A stretch of DNA of 62,955 nt, filler included, from Reclinomonas americana ATCC 50394 (GCA_048213135.1; 4 parts of 2 records of this genome joined end to end with filler, not necessarily neighbours in it); one strand, 5' to 3'. Shown: positions 36,350 through 48,647, counted from the whole stretch's first letter. Made by a program: numbers and translations. Notes: generated by a model not told the origin, from the letters alone.

Positions 36350-38152
36350 TCACTTGCTGTTCTTCTTGGTCGCGGCCGTGGTGGCCTTGGTCTTGGCAGT
36401 CTTGGCGCGTTTCGTTGACGGCTCCATGCCCTCACCATCGTCATCGTCGATGTGACCGCCTGCCACTCTGCACAACTCGAGTCACACCACACGCGCAGCA
36501 GCAGCAGAAGACAACGGCACCACTGCACGCGTACCTCTTGGTCTTCAGCTGGCGATTCCTGGCATATGCGGCCTTCATGCGTTCAAGGTTCTCCTTCATC
36601 GCCGTGTCGTGGTCGATGATGGGCGCCGGGTAATCACGCCCGACGACGCAGCCAGCCGCCTCCTGCACATTTCGCGGTGCCTTCCACGGTTCGTAAATGT
36701 AACGACTCGGCAGCTTGCGCAGGACCGGCAAGTACTGTGAACGAGTGCAAGTGAGACGATAGAGAGCGATCGGTGCTCTGTGTATGTGTGGAGTATGTGC
36801 GATCCGTACGCAACGTGGCGCACGAAATTGCCGTCTGGATCAGTCTTTTTCGGAAACGCTGTGTACGTTGCAGGAAATCAGCGACCAGGTGCGTGTGGAT
36901 GGGTAGGTGGTACACGTACACACGCACCCACGGGGCTGTAGACGCGATGAAACTGATGGAAAAAGGCAGACGCGCTGAGCCACAGCCAGTTTCCGGTGTT
37001 GATGGAGTAGTCGGCGTCGAGAAGCAACTCGTCAAACACCTTGGCGCCCTCCTCCCACGATACCCACAAATCGCCGCGAGTGAGGAAGCAGGCGACAGCG
37101 TGACGAGCCAGGTGGTGCAACCAGCCTGCCCGGCAGTGATTGCCCGTCAATGTCAGCACTCGCGCGATCGCATCTGGCGACCATCGGTGTCACTCACCAA
37201 TCTGTCGCAACTGTGTCATGCAGGCATCGATCCACGGGTAGCCAGTGCGAGCCTCGCGCCACGCACTCAGCCGTTCTTCGTCGGCCTGCCACGGAATTTG
37301 GATACACAACTCGTTGCCCTCCTGTGCGCCCTCAAGTCAGTCACGGATATCGATGGTGAGTGCGCTGGTGCTCACTCTAGATCTGCGACGCAACCATCTG
37401 GTGAAAATCTTTGGTGTCCCAGGCGACGGTGTAGAAGAACTCGCGCCACAGCAGCTGCCCGTGCAGACTCACGGGTGGCTGTGATCGCTTCTTGCCACTC
37501 TTGGCGGCCGCCTTGTCCACGGCCATCCACACCTGTCAAGTAGAAGCACGTCGTGTGAGAGAGAATGTGCGTGCCGAGGAGCGTGGAGAGAGGAGCTCAC
37601 CGTCCGCGGAGAGATGCACCCGAACTTGAGGTAGGGGCTGAGTACCGTAGTTGCCGGCAGAATCATGTCGCGGACGCCAACCGGCACTACCTCAGTCGGC
37701 GAGGTCTGTGGCTTCTCAAACGTGGCCGTCCACGCCGGCCGCTCCTCCACGGCCGCTCGCAGGCGCGCCAGTGCAGCAGACTGCTGGCAATTGTGAGTGG
37801 CTCGGAGCGAAGACAACTGCGAAGACGCGCACGCAACTTCTCCCCCAAAGAACGGAGGGTGCTCGTCGTCGGGCAAGTCGTGCAAGCGGCCGTGCAAATC
37901 ACTGAGGCGACTCGGCACGACAAACATGTCGTCGGTGATGGTGTCGCACGTCGGTGGAAACGGCGACGGTGGCACAGGCAGTGGTTCTCCGGGGCCCGGC
38001 AGTGACTGCCAGCAAACAAACTCAGACTGCTGCACAGGAGCATTTCCAGTAGGCAGCATCACCGCTCACCGCCACAGTGTTGAGAAACGACTGGTAGGTC
38101 CGCGGAGCACGGCCTCCGAGGCGCGCCACCACCGCCCGCGGATCGTAAATCG
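36350..38152 (-). CDS. PHR64: (6-4) photolyase / animal-type cryptochrome clade protein (5' part missing)
   Basis: [87 protein letters not shown] and YIYEPWKAP; basic C-terminal tail. Confidence 0.93.
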
Positions 38153-38254
38153 NNNNNNNNNNNNNNNNNNNNTTTTACACACACATGCAAAAGAAGAAGA
38201 AAAAGCACTCTCTCTCTCTGTGTGAAACAAAAAATACAAAAAAGAAAAAGAAGG

Positions 38255-38327
38255 TGCCTTCCGGCGGGATCGAACCGCCGACCGATGGCTTATTAGACCA
38301 TTACTCTACCGACTGAGCTAGGAAGGC
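38255..38327 (-). tRNA. tRNA-Ile (anticodon AAT), intronless
   Basis: Cloverleaf GCCTTCC-TA-GCTC/GAGT-ATGGT[CT AAT AA]GCCAT-GGCGG TTCGATC CCGCC-GGAAGGC-A, followed by T-runs consistent with a Pol III terminator. Confidence 0.95.
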
Positions 38328-38510
38328 CTTCGAGTATCTGTTGCGATCCAACATACCCCACCAGTGCATCTGCACTCCAGGATGAGTTTGCGTTGTCTCC
38401 GCGGCCGTCCACGCACGTCTCCGCGGCAGGTTCTAGAAAGGAACGGCTGTTTTCATTGTTTGTTCTCTGGTCCACACGAGGTCTAGGGGGCGGCGGAGGA
38501 GCAGCGAGGA

Positions 38511-39418
38511 TTACTCCTTTGCCGCGGCCGCCGCTGGGTTCAGTCCGCTCAGCATCTGTTTGAGCTCGCCTGCAACGCCACACGCACACACATACACAGT
38601 GCGTGAGTGGAGAGTCCGACACACAAAAAGCAAGCGCAACACACGCACCTGTCTTGTGCAGCGACATCATAATATCGCAGCCGCCAATGAACTCGCCCTT
38701 CAGGTACACTTGCGGGATCGTCGGCCAGTCGCTGCACACCACACATGGTCACAACGCACGCGTGCGAAGGGTGGCACAGCAACCGCAGCCTGTACGCAAC
38801 GAATACTTCTTCACGCCCTCACGGATCTCACTGTTCTGCAACACATCGTAGGTGACGTACTCGATCTCTGCACGCGCACGTTCAACGTGGTAAGCGAGAG
38901 GATGACGAGGAGGAGGGAAGAGGAGGAGCAACTGTACGAGTCGAGGATCTGCACGACGGCGCGACTAAAGCCACACATGGGCTTCTCCGGCGATCCCTTC
39001 ATAAACAGCACCAGTGGGTCTGCCTTGACCGCCTGCATCAACAGAAGGAAGGAGGAGTGAGTCTTCGCACGCACAGGAGAGACACAGTGAGAGAGTGATC
39101 GCACCTCATCAATCTGCTTCTGAATGTCGTCTTCTGACGCCGACGCCGACGATGATGGCGCCTTGCGGCCAAAGTCAGGATGTGAGCCACTGGAGTCGAC
39201 AGTGGAGAATGCGCGCAGTGGCAGCAGACGCGCGAATGACACTGACAAGAGGGCGAGTGAGTCACTGCAGTGACGCATCTCTTTCTCTCTTTCTCAGACG
39301 CGCACCTGTTGGTGTGCGGCTGATGCAGGAGGCAATGCGTTGCTGTGCATATGTGAGCGAGTGAAGCAAGAGAGAGAGAGAGAGTGAGACGACGACGACG
39401 ATCGCTCACCAACAACAT
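38511..39418 (-). CDS. GRX5: Mitochondrial monothiol glutaredoxin (CGFS type)
   Basis: [45 protein letters not shown]; the spliced N-terminus [29 protein letters not shown] resembles a transit peptide. Confidence 0.93.
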
Positions 39419-39488
39419 GAGAGAGCAGGACGTACACAGGACTCGGTCTGTCAGTTTCCGCGCGCTCAACGACCACCGAAGGGAGGAG

Positions 39489-40083
39489 ATGGCCAGCAAA
39501 GACATTGGTGTCGACGTTGAGAGTGTGGAGCAACTGGAGCAGGAGATCGACAAATTCCGCGAGGGAGTGCTTGGTGCGTGTGAGCGCACAGAGAGAGAGT
39601 CGCGTTGATCTTGTGCTCTCTCACTCACACACACTCACGCAGTGTGCGATGTGTTCTCCACGTGGTGCGGGCCGACACGACCCATGGCCGCCACCATCAA
39701 GCGTCTCTTTGTGGAGAATGATTGCATGTCAAAACCAGTCGTATTCTTGAGAGTGAGCGCGCTCTCCCCCCTGCTCCCCCCCTGCTCATTCTCTCGCGTC
39801 ACACTCACTCACACATGTTCTCTATGCTCACCAGATCGACATTGACAAGACGGCAGCCTCGGCACGTGACTACGACGAGCCACCGGGCTTGCTGGGCACG
39901 CTGGAGAAGCACCTGGGGCACTCGAGTCCGCACTTTGTGATTGTCAAGGACATGGAGGTGCGCGCCGAGTTCGACGGCTGCAACGTGCCGCGCATGGTCG
40001 CCGAGTTCGAGGCCGTGATCAAGGAGCTCGCTGAGGACATTGCGCGACGGGCGGCGCAGAGTGGCACAGGTGAAAATATTTGA
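39489..40083 (+). CDS. Thioredoxin-like outer-arm dynein light chain type protein (LC3/LC5, TXNDC3/6-like)
   Basis: VCDVFSTWCGPTRPM and LEKHLGHSSPHFVIVKDMEVRAEFDGCNVPRM parallel TXNDC6-type VVDVYQGWCGPCKP and LEKYRGKCEPTFLFY..G.NAPLL. Confidence 0.7.
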
Positions 40084-40239
40084 GTGGTTGTTGTTGTTGT
40101 TGTTGGTGAGGCAGAGCCACTCGAGCTCGCGCGCGTGTCTCGTGTGCGAGGTGTAAAACTGTGTGTGGAGTTGTTCTTTTTTTTTATAGCTTGGTACTTG
40201 ATGGAGTGGCAGCCTCTCGCAAGGTGTGGAGTTGCAACT

Positions 40240-40730
40240 GTGGAATTGTTTCCTCGTGCTCGAGAATGCTTCGTTCTTGCAGGTGGCGCAGAGTTGTGTT
40301 TGTCTCCAGTGTGAGAGCGATAGCCTCCTCTCCAGATAGCAGCCACGTGTTTCGTTTTCCGTGGACTTGTTTCCTCTCACTCGAGAGCGAGCAGTTTTCT
40401 CTCTTCAGGTGGCGCAGAGTTGTGTTTCTTGCTCGTGTAAGACAGTAGCCACGCGCGCCCATGTCATGTTTCGTTTTCTCTCCGTTCCACGCGACGTGGA
40501 CTTCTTTCCCTCGTCGTTGGTAGCACAGAGCTTCCTCTCGAGATAGCAGCCACACGCTCATGTCATGTTTCGATTTCTCTCTGGTCCGCGACGAGGACTT
40601 CTTTCCCTCTTCGTTGGTGGCGCAGAGTTGCGGCTCTCTCCCGTGCGAGACGATAGCTTCCTCTCGAGATGTGTTTCGTTTTCCGTGGACTTGTTTCCTC
40701 GCGCTCGAGAACGAGTTGTTTTCTCTCTAT
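40240..40730 (-). repeat. Degenerate mosaic tandem repeats with LRR-like coding remnants
   Basis: Recurring blocks GGTGGCGCAGAGTTG, GTTTCGTTTTCCGTGGACTTGTTTCCTC and GACTTCTTTCCCTC. The minus strand reads EEAIALTLETNTTLRHL and RNTTLRHL. Confidence 0.6.
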
Positions 40731-40803
40731 GTATGTGGGCAGTTGGCGACACCGTCGCTGCCCATCTCTGCCTCTTCCAGGCTCCTATACACCTTTGCTG
40801 CGT

Positions 40804-41450
40804 TCACTCGCCACTCGGTTCCTTCGCCTCCTCTGCTTCTTGCGCTTCTCTGCTCGATCGCCTCCTCCGCCTTCCCTCCTTGGCCACCGGCTTCTCTTGC
40901 GGCGGCGGCTGTGGCGGCTGCGGCTGCTCCTCTTCCCGCCCCTCAGCACCCGCCTCATCAGCAGGCATCGGATGCCACACCCCGCCATACGGATCGCGTC
41001 GCACGGGAATCGATCGCACACCGCCACACTCGGTACATCGCTGCTCCACGCGCATTGTCTTGCGCTTCCTCGAGCCTGCCCCACACACAGGAAACATCAG
41101 ACACACATACACAGCAACACCTACAACAACGACGCAGCACCTTGCACGCGCACAGTCGACGTGACGCCCGGAATGAGCAGCACCTCACATCGCGCACATA
41201 TCGATCGTTTCACATGTGGATGTCTGCCAGCCCCTCCCCCATCAACACACAAGACAGCGAGAGACACACACAGAGCACGCAACAATCTGCGCACAAGACG
41301 CGCACACACTCCGCGCATGGTGTGTGTCAGGAAGCGCGAGACACCCACAGTCTTTACGCGACCTTGCGATTGCACTCCCATCAGAGTGGCAGCTTGCAGC
41401 AGGAAGTTGCAGCGTAACCATGCCTCGTCGGTGACAGCACGCCCGTTCAT
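40804..41450 (-). CDS. RPP21: RNase P subunit Rpp21/Rpr2
   Basis: EAWLRCNFLLQAA, RLHPHVKRSICARCEVLLIPGVT and VEQRCTECGGVR (two CxxC pairs), joined by two in-frame GT-AG introns. Confidence 0.88.
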
Positions 41451-41516
41451 TCAACACAACAGAGAGAGAGACAGAGACAGAGAGTTGTCCTTTGAGTCCT
41501 CTTCATTGTTCTTCTC

Positions 41517-44163
41517 ATGGACGTATCACGCATAGTGAGTGTGGACAGCAGTCGTGTGCTCTCATGCATGCTGTGCACTGTGTGTGGACGGGTGCCGTAT
41601 GCGTGCGCAGTGCACGGCTGTGCGTGTGAACACATTCTGTGCTCCGAGTGCTTTGCAGGTGCCACTCTTGCCACACAGACACACACTCGCGTGCCCTTGC
41701 TCACTCACTCTTTCTCTGTCTCGTGGTGTTAGTGGTGAGCGCGGGCACTGGTGTGTGTGGACGATGTGAGCGGCCACTGGGCCCTGGTGAGCATAATCTC
41801 TTGCATTGTCTCTCTTGTCTCTCTCTCTCTCTTGCTCAACGCGCGTTCTCCCCACAGAGCCCTATGCTGCTGCTCGTTACTTCTCCAATGCACTTGGTCG
41901 TCTGCGAGGCTACTGTCGATTCACCACGCGAGGATGCACCGTCACTCCGTTCCTCGAGGACCTGGAGAACCACGAGCGCGTGTGTGAGCACCGTGAGCAA
42001 GAGGAGCCTCCTCCTGCTGCTCCTCCTCCGAGGCAGCAGCAGCCTCGCTTCATTGCACAGCATACGGCCAAGCTGGAAAAGGAGCTCACGCGGGCCAGGA
42101 AGCACCTGCAGGTGTGCGAGCGGCGGTGTGAGCAACTGCAGCAGCTCAGCAAGGTCCGCGTTTGCAGCTTGTCGTACGATGCCTGTGAAGCACTGGTTAG
42201 GGGTGTTGATGATGCGTGGCGCAGAGTGTGCGCGAGGCCGCGGAGCGACAACTGGCGCTGGTGCACGCGCAGTGTGTGATTCTGCGCGAGGAGCTGGATC
42301 GCGAGGAAGCGGCAGGGTCGCCGATGGATGAGCTGGAGGTGGACGACGAGGACGAGGAAGACCAGCAGCAACGGCAGCAGCGCGAGGCGGCACGTGCGGC
42401 CGACTTTGGCGCTATTGTGCCGTCTGCTGCGTCGGCGGCTTCTGTGGCCGCCACAACGAGACGACGTGAACAGTCGTTGTCGTTGGTGCTGCGTTGCTCG
42501 CATCGTTTGAGGCGGCTGGCGGTGGCCTTCAACTCGGAGAGTCAGTACCTCACGGCGTGTGAGCTGTTTACGCGGGCGCTGGAGATGACTGCGCTCCTGC
42601 CCCCTGGCATGACTCCCGTGACAGCGCAACGAGCGCGTGCACGCGCTCTGGCCGGCCGTGGTGTGGCGCACAGCAATATGCATGATGAGGCCGCATCGAA
42701 GCGCGACTTTGAGCGAGTGGCAGAAGTCGATCCACTCGTACCCGGTGCGTGCTCCTTCCCTTTTTATAATTCTCTGTTGTTGTTGTTGTCGTTGTCGTCC
42801 GCACCCTCCTCCTCACCGTCCTCCTCCGTCAGGCTATCACCACCAGTATGCCATGTCTTACATTGCGAGAGGAATGGATTACATGGATGAGGCGGCTGAG
42901 GAAGTGCGGTGCGCGCTGGAGGCCAACCCCGAAGACGCGGTAGCGCTGGCTCTGGACGGATTTCTCATGTCGCGACGGTGTCGACAAGCCGCTGAAGCAG
43001 GTGTTGATGCGTCATCCCGGCTGGAAGATGCACTGGCCACGTGCACTCGTGCCGTCAACTTGAACCCTATGCATCCCACCTGCTACTTGTCGCGCGGTCA
43101 CGTGTACGAGAGTCTCCAGCAGTGGGACAAGGCGCTGGAGGATTTCCTCACGGCCTGTCGTCTGCGGCCACGGCATTCCACCTCGCGTGTGCGTATTCCT
43201 TTGCGGTCATCCATCCGCTGCGCGCCAGTGACACTCACAATGCTCGTCGTTGTAGCGTAACCTGGCGTTGTGTCGCATTCACATGGTATGTCTCTCTCAT
43301 CGCCTTGCTGACTCTCTGCGTTCTCATCGCGCGCGCAAGCAGCCTGGTCCCGACGCACGCCGCGAGGCCATGGACGACCTTCGAGCCTCGATTCACCTCG
43401 CGCCACGGCACCAGGCCTTTTCGCGACACGTACTCTCTGGCATGCTGATTACCGACAGCAAGTCGGCTGAAGCGTTTCCTCTGCTGGTGTGGATGCATGC
43501 AAGCCATCACTTCACGGTGCACCCCCGCTCACAACCTGGGTGTGCATTTTTTCGCAGTTTGCAGCCACGCTGGTGGACTCGTCGGACTGGCGTGTCGTGC
43601 TGCGCATGTCGCAAGCTTCGGCCAACATGCGTCGTATCAGTCGTGCCATCACGTACATGTCCATGGCGATGACTATGAAACCCGACGACGCACTGCTCCA
43701 CGAATCACGCGCGCAGCTGCTGATGCACGTGGCGCCGCAAGCGGCGATTGACGACTTTACGCTGGCTTTGTTGGTGTGTTGGCAATCGTGGTGATGGTGG
43801 GGGCTTGTGTTTGTGTTTGGTTTCACTCATGGAGGTGGAGCAGCTCCCGCGCGGCGCAGAGGATCGCAAAGCTGAACTACTCGTGTCTCGCGGATCCCTG
43901 TACTTCACCATGCGTGAGTATGCTTCGGCCCTCGCCGATTTCGAAGAGGCACTGCTGAGCGACGAACCGCCGCCACAGGTGATGCCGCCACCTCCCACGA
44001 GGGTTTTTAGTTGGCTCCCTCTCTCACGCCGCATTTCACGACGCAGGTGTACCTACTCAAGCTGCAAACGTTGATTGCACTTGATCAGGTGGCAGAAGCC
44101 GACGCTTGGCTGGTGCAGCACGCGGGACGCATGCTGCAGATGCGCAATGCACCGGCGCCGTGA
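41517..44163 (+). CDS. RING (C3HC4) + TRAF-type zinc finger + coiled coil + TPR-repeat protein, putative E3 ligase
   Basis: CTVC...CEHILCSEC...CGRC; LRGYCRFTTRGC...LENHERVCEH; TPRs such as AVNLNPMHPTCYLSRGHVYESLQQWDKALEDF and LLVSRGSLYFTMREYASALADF; stop at 44163. Confidence 0.8.
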
Positions 44164-44245
44164 TTGCCGCAGGTACAAGTCGCATGCCAGTTGAAAATTT
44201 ACTGCGTGTGCCCGCGCTCGGGTTGCTGCTGCAGCTGCCGCTGCG

Positions 44246-46537
44246 CTACAACCGTGCAGCCTCCGCGCAACTGTCGGCCACGTGCAACTCGGTCGGACCC
44301 TTGTCCAGCAACGCCGTCACCAGCGACACGGCGTGCCGCGGTTGCAGAAAATCGGGCCGTGGTGTCTCCACCGTCAGCACCTTATCCTGTGGGCGAGAGC
44401 ATTGTGAATGGATGTCGCCGCTGACATGATTCGAATGAACGAAACGTAGACCCACCTTCCATGCTTGTCTGATTGCTTTCGCGCCGTACGCTGCTCCGAG
44501 AATTCCACCCACTGCGATTCAAGGGTGGTGAGAAAATTAACAATGAAAAGAGGCGGTTCATGCGAATGACAGACACACCAATGGCGGCGTTGGTATCTGT
44601 GTCACCACCACCACGCAGTGTCTCCTGCATGGCATCCTCAAACGTGGTGCCGGCGATCAAGTGGCGGAAGGCTGTTGCAGGAAAGAGTTAGAGAGGGAGT
44701 GGATCAAACAGAGGAGCGATGAGATCGCGCGCGCACCATGCACAAACGCAATCTTTGCATGCCCAATGTTGGGCTTGTAGGGAACCTGAGATGATCGGCA
44801 GACGTTATGAGTGGTGCGACAGGCGAGGAAGAGATGACGCGGAAAGACTAATGCACCTTTTCGCCACGCTCCGCCAGCTCGAGCCACTCGCGTGTTTGCT
44901 CGTGACCGTGCGCCGACAGCCAGTCACGCGCTGCCGCCAATGCCGCCTCCGAATCTGCCCAGTGCAAGTGAGATTGCTGCTTGTGCATGCTTCGCTGCGC
45001 ACGCCGTCACACGTACCGCCGCGAGAAATTAGTTGAGAGCAGGCGATCACATAGGCAGCGACGGCGGAGCAAATGACGGGACTCGGATGCGACATGCGCG
45101 AATCCATCACCGCCAGGGTGCCGGCGTCTGCGTGTTACAACAGTAAGCACTCATTACCACACGCACGCGTGCACATACAACACGAGCAGGAACCCACCTT
45201 CCGGTGACATGCGATACGCGAATACGGCCATGGGCTGCAGATCGTGTGTGAGACAACGTGGTGACGATGACAGACGGGGAGGCGGACGCAACGGTGGCGC
45301 GCATAAGACTGCCGTTGGCTTGTCCGTCGATGGACGACATGGCATTCGACAGGAAGCGACGGTGCAGTCCGGAGATTGCATCGGGTGCCACGCGTGAGCC
45401 ACTGCGATGAGTAGTGTGGTGAGCATAAACCCGTTGATGCAAGCAGACGGGATGCGGTATTCGAACTCACTTCATGGCTTGTCTGCGGGGGGAGCACAAA
45501 CACGACAGCATGGACATCAGGAAAAGGAAGAGGGAAGGAGAAGAAGCTGGAGGAGATGGAACAATCACTCACAGTGTTGTACGACCAATGTCAAACGGAG
45601 GGCTATTGACCTGCGCGCCTGCATGTCAGCTGAGGTTGGATGCACGCAGACATCGTGCCATACTCACCCACTCGCGGTACCAGTAGGCAATGTAGTCCAA
45701 GTCCACAATGCCGGCATTCTTCTCGCACATGTCGACCAGCCCGTGCGCCAGCGACAATGCCAGTTCGCCGTCGTCGGTGCACTGGCCTGCGCACTCGTTA
45801 AGAAGCGCATCGATTGCACGACACATGGAGTGGAGTGCACTCACCAGCCATGACCTCAAAGACACCACCGCCCGGCATGGTCATGGCGTGCGCCACCGTC
45901 GCCTCGGTAATGGTGTTGAACTCTGCACGAGCAGGTCATGCCGCGAACAACAACACTGTCGTGGCGTGGAACAGAAACAAACCAAGCACAGCTCCCAGTG
46001 CATCGCCGACCAGCGCACCCAGTACACATCCCAGTGCGCGATCCGTCACCAGATCGTTGTCCGCGGTCTCGCTCACCATGCGACCCAGCGCCGAACCACT
46101 GAACACGCATTCGTGAGGAATGCGAGTGTCGAGGGACCTCTGCAAGAGCGCTAATCACCTGCTAGCATGCTCACGAATCCATGCTGTGCGTCGGTCGACC
46201 TCGAGCTGCGCCAGCCGCGCCGACAAGCCCTCCCGAATCGACTCCATGGTCGCACACTCGTATGGTGTCCGACCGCGTGCATCGGTCAGTGTCGGATCGG
46301 CACCCAGCTCCAACAGCACACTGCACGCGATCACAGCAGCGTGTGAGCAGGGAGGAGGAGGAGAGAGAGAGAGGATGAGTGTACGAGAAAGAGACCTTAC
46401 AAAATGCAAGTGGCCGCGAGTGACGGCAACATGCATCGGTGTGTACAAGATCTCATCGTGCGTCTGCAGGTCCAAGTTGGCACCGAACTCGCGTCGCAGG
46501 TGCAACAGAGCGTTCACGTTGCCATGATACGCAGCCT
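44246..46537 (-). CDS. Ankyrin-repeat / ADP-ribosylglycohydrolase (ARH/DraG family) fusion, 5' truncated by a gap
   Basis: Ankyrin: AAYHGN, TPMHVAVTRGH, GADPTLTDARGRTP. ARH: DRALGCVLGALVGDALGA, GQCTDDGEL, ANGSLMR, SRMSHP, GGDTDTNAAI.GGILGA. The intron at ~46099-46158 joins them in frame. Confidence 0.85.
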
Positions 46538-46697
46538 GGAGACACACAAAGCATTCATCATAAGCAGGAAGAAAACTGAACACGAGAGAGAGATGGAAAT
46601 ACCTCGTCCTCTCTCTCNNNNNNNNNNNNNNNNNNNNTGGTGAACAAGAAAACGATTGATTGTGTGGCGCTGACAAAGACAATGTGTGCGTACACAG

Positions 46698-46907
46698 TGA
46701 CTTCTACAACTGCCCGGTCTACAAGATCAACACAAGGCAGTACACGCAGCATGTGTTTGACGTGTTGTTGCACGCCGGTGGCAAGCCTGGTGTGTTGATT
46801 TGTGATGTAGTCAAGAAATCTTGTTGGCGGAGACTGACCTTTTCTTCCCTCCTCCAGAATATCACTGGATTCTCCGTGGCGTCGCTCTGTTGTGCGCCAA
46901 GGATTAA
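46698..46907 (+). CDS. Last two exons of the dynein heavy chain, in inverted orientation
   Basis: DFYNCPVYKINTR...VFDVLL...PEYHWILRGVALLCAKD* is the canonical axonemal DHC C-terminus. Confidence 0.88.
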
Positions 46908-47036
46908 GTGCGGCGGGTGCCTGTGTGTGATTGTGTGTGTATACTTGTTTTGCGTTTTTTCGCTTGCTTCCTTTAATGAACATGGTTCGTAATGCACAAC
47001 AAAATGCCCGCGCGACGGCGCCACCCACCCCATCCA

Positions 47037-47685
47037 TCACACATCTTCGGGAGCGTACTCCAGCATCTCTTCTTGACGCTCGTGGCCCGGATCGGTGACA
47101 GACGCCATCATGCCGCCAATGGTGGCCTGTCCCATGAGATTGACCGCCAAGGCCTTGCTGACCTGATGTGTGCTGCAGCACGGGAAGAAGCAACCGCAGC
47201 AGCAATCAGCACAGCATGCGCCTCGGTACCACACGCCACCCTCCGGGCGCGGTGCCTGCGACTCCATGAGACCGAGATGAAGCGCGGGAAACCACACATA
47301 CACTGCACTCAACTCGTCGCAATCGCCTTCTCTCGTACATGCCCCAGCACGGCAAGCAGAACAACCTGTGCACACCAACGTGAGACAACGCACACACACA
47401 GAGTCGCGCACATGCATACCCAGCACAGCAACCTGCACAACACAATCATCATCAGTGATCACGCACACAAACACACACAACAGTGAGCAGCTTCGCGACT
47501 GTGAACCTCCCCAGAAGCTGCTCCCTCGGTTGGGTGGGTTCGAGGCCAGTGCCACCAGTGTCACTCGCGAGTAGGCCTCGACAGTGGTCTCGGAGCCGGG
47601 TGCACTCGACACAGTCGGCAACGCGTCCAGAATGATCTTGTTGGCGCCCATGGTCAAGCACGGGAGGCAGTAGGATCGCAAACTG
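47037..47685 (-). CDS. PLAC8-family Cys-rich protein (partial)
   Basis: SYCLPCLTMGANK and ADCCCGCFFPCCSTHQ match the two PLAC8 motifs (CxPCxxxGxN and DCxxxxxxxCCxxxQ). Confidence 0.7.
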
Positions 47686-48647
47686 NNNNNNNNNNNNNNN
47701 NNNNNNNNNNNNNNNNNNNNNNNNNNNNNNNNNNNNNNNNNNNNNNNNNNNNNNNNNNNNNNNNNNNNNNNNNNNNNNNNNNNNNNNNNNNNNNNNNNNN
47801 NNNNNNNNNNNNNNNNNNNNNNNNNNNNNNNNNNNNNNNNNNNNNNNNNNNNNNNNNNNNNNNNNNNNNNNNNNNNNNNNNNNNNNNNNNNNNNNNNNNN
47901 NNNNNNNNNNNNNNNNNNNNNNNNNNNNNNNNNNNNNNNNNNNNNNNNNNNNNNNNNNNNNNNNNNNNNNNNNNNNNNNNNNNNNNNNNNNNNNNNNNNN
48001 NNNNNNNNNNNNNNNNNNNNNNNNNNNNNNNNNNNNNNNNNNNNNNNNNNNNNNNNNNNNNNNNNNNNNNNNNNNNNNNNNNNNNNNNNNNNNNNNNNNN
48101 NNNNNNNNNNNNNNNNNNNNNNNNNNNNNNNNNNNNNNNNNNNNNNNNNNNNNNNNNNNNNNNNNNNNNNNNNNNNNNNNNNNNNNNNNNNNNNNNNNNN
48201 NNNNNNNNNNNNNNNNNNNNNNNNNNNNNNNNNNNNNNNNNNNNNNNNNNNNNNNNNNNNNNNNNNNNNNNNNNNNNNNNNNNNNNNNNNNNNNNNNNNN
48301 NNNNNNNNNNNNNNNNNNNNNNNNNNNNNNNNNNNNNNNNNNNNNNNNNNNNNNNNNNNNNNNNNNNNNNNNNNNNNNNNNNNNNNNNNNNNNNNNNNNN
48401 NNNNNNNNNNNNNNNNNNNNNNNNNNNNNNNNNNNNNNNNNNNNNNNNNNNNNNNNNNNNNNNNNNNNNNNNNNNNNNNNNNNNNNNNNNNNNNNNNNNN
48501 NNNNNNNNNNNNNNNNNNNNNNNNNNNNNNNNNNNNNNNNNNNNNNNNNNNNNNNNNNNNNNNNNNNNNNNNNNNNNNNNNNNNNNNNNNNNNNNNNNNN
48601 NNNNNNNNNNNNNNNNNNNNNNNNNNNNNNNNNNNNNNNNNNNNNNN

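Noticed and set aside
44163-44430. Antisense overlap of the TPR gene and ARH coding ends
   Set aside because: The TPR gene stops at 44163, before the ARH stop at 44246.
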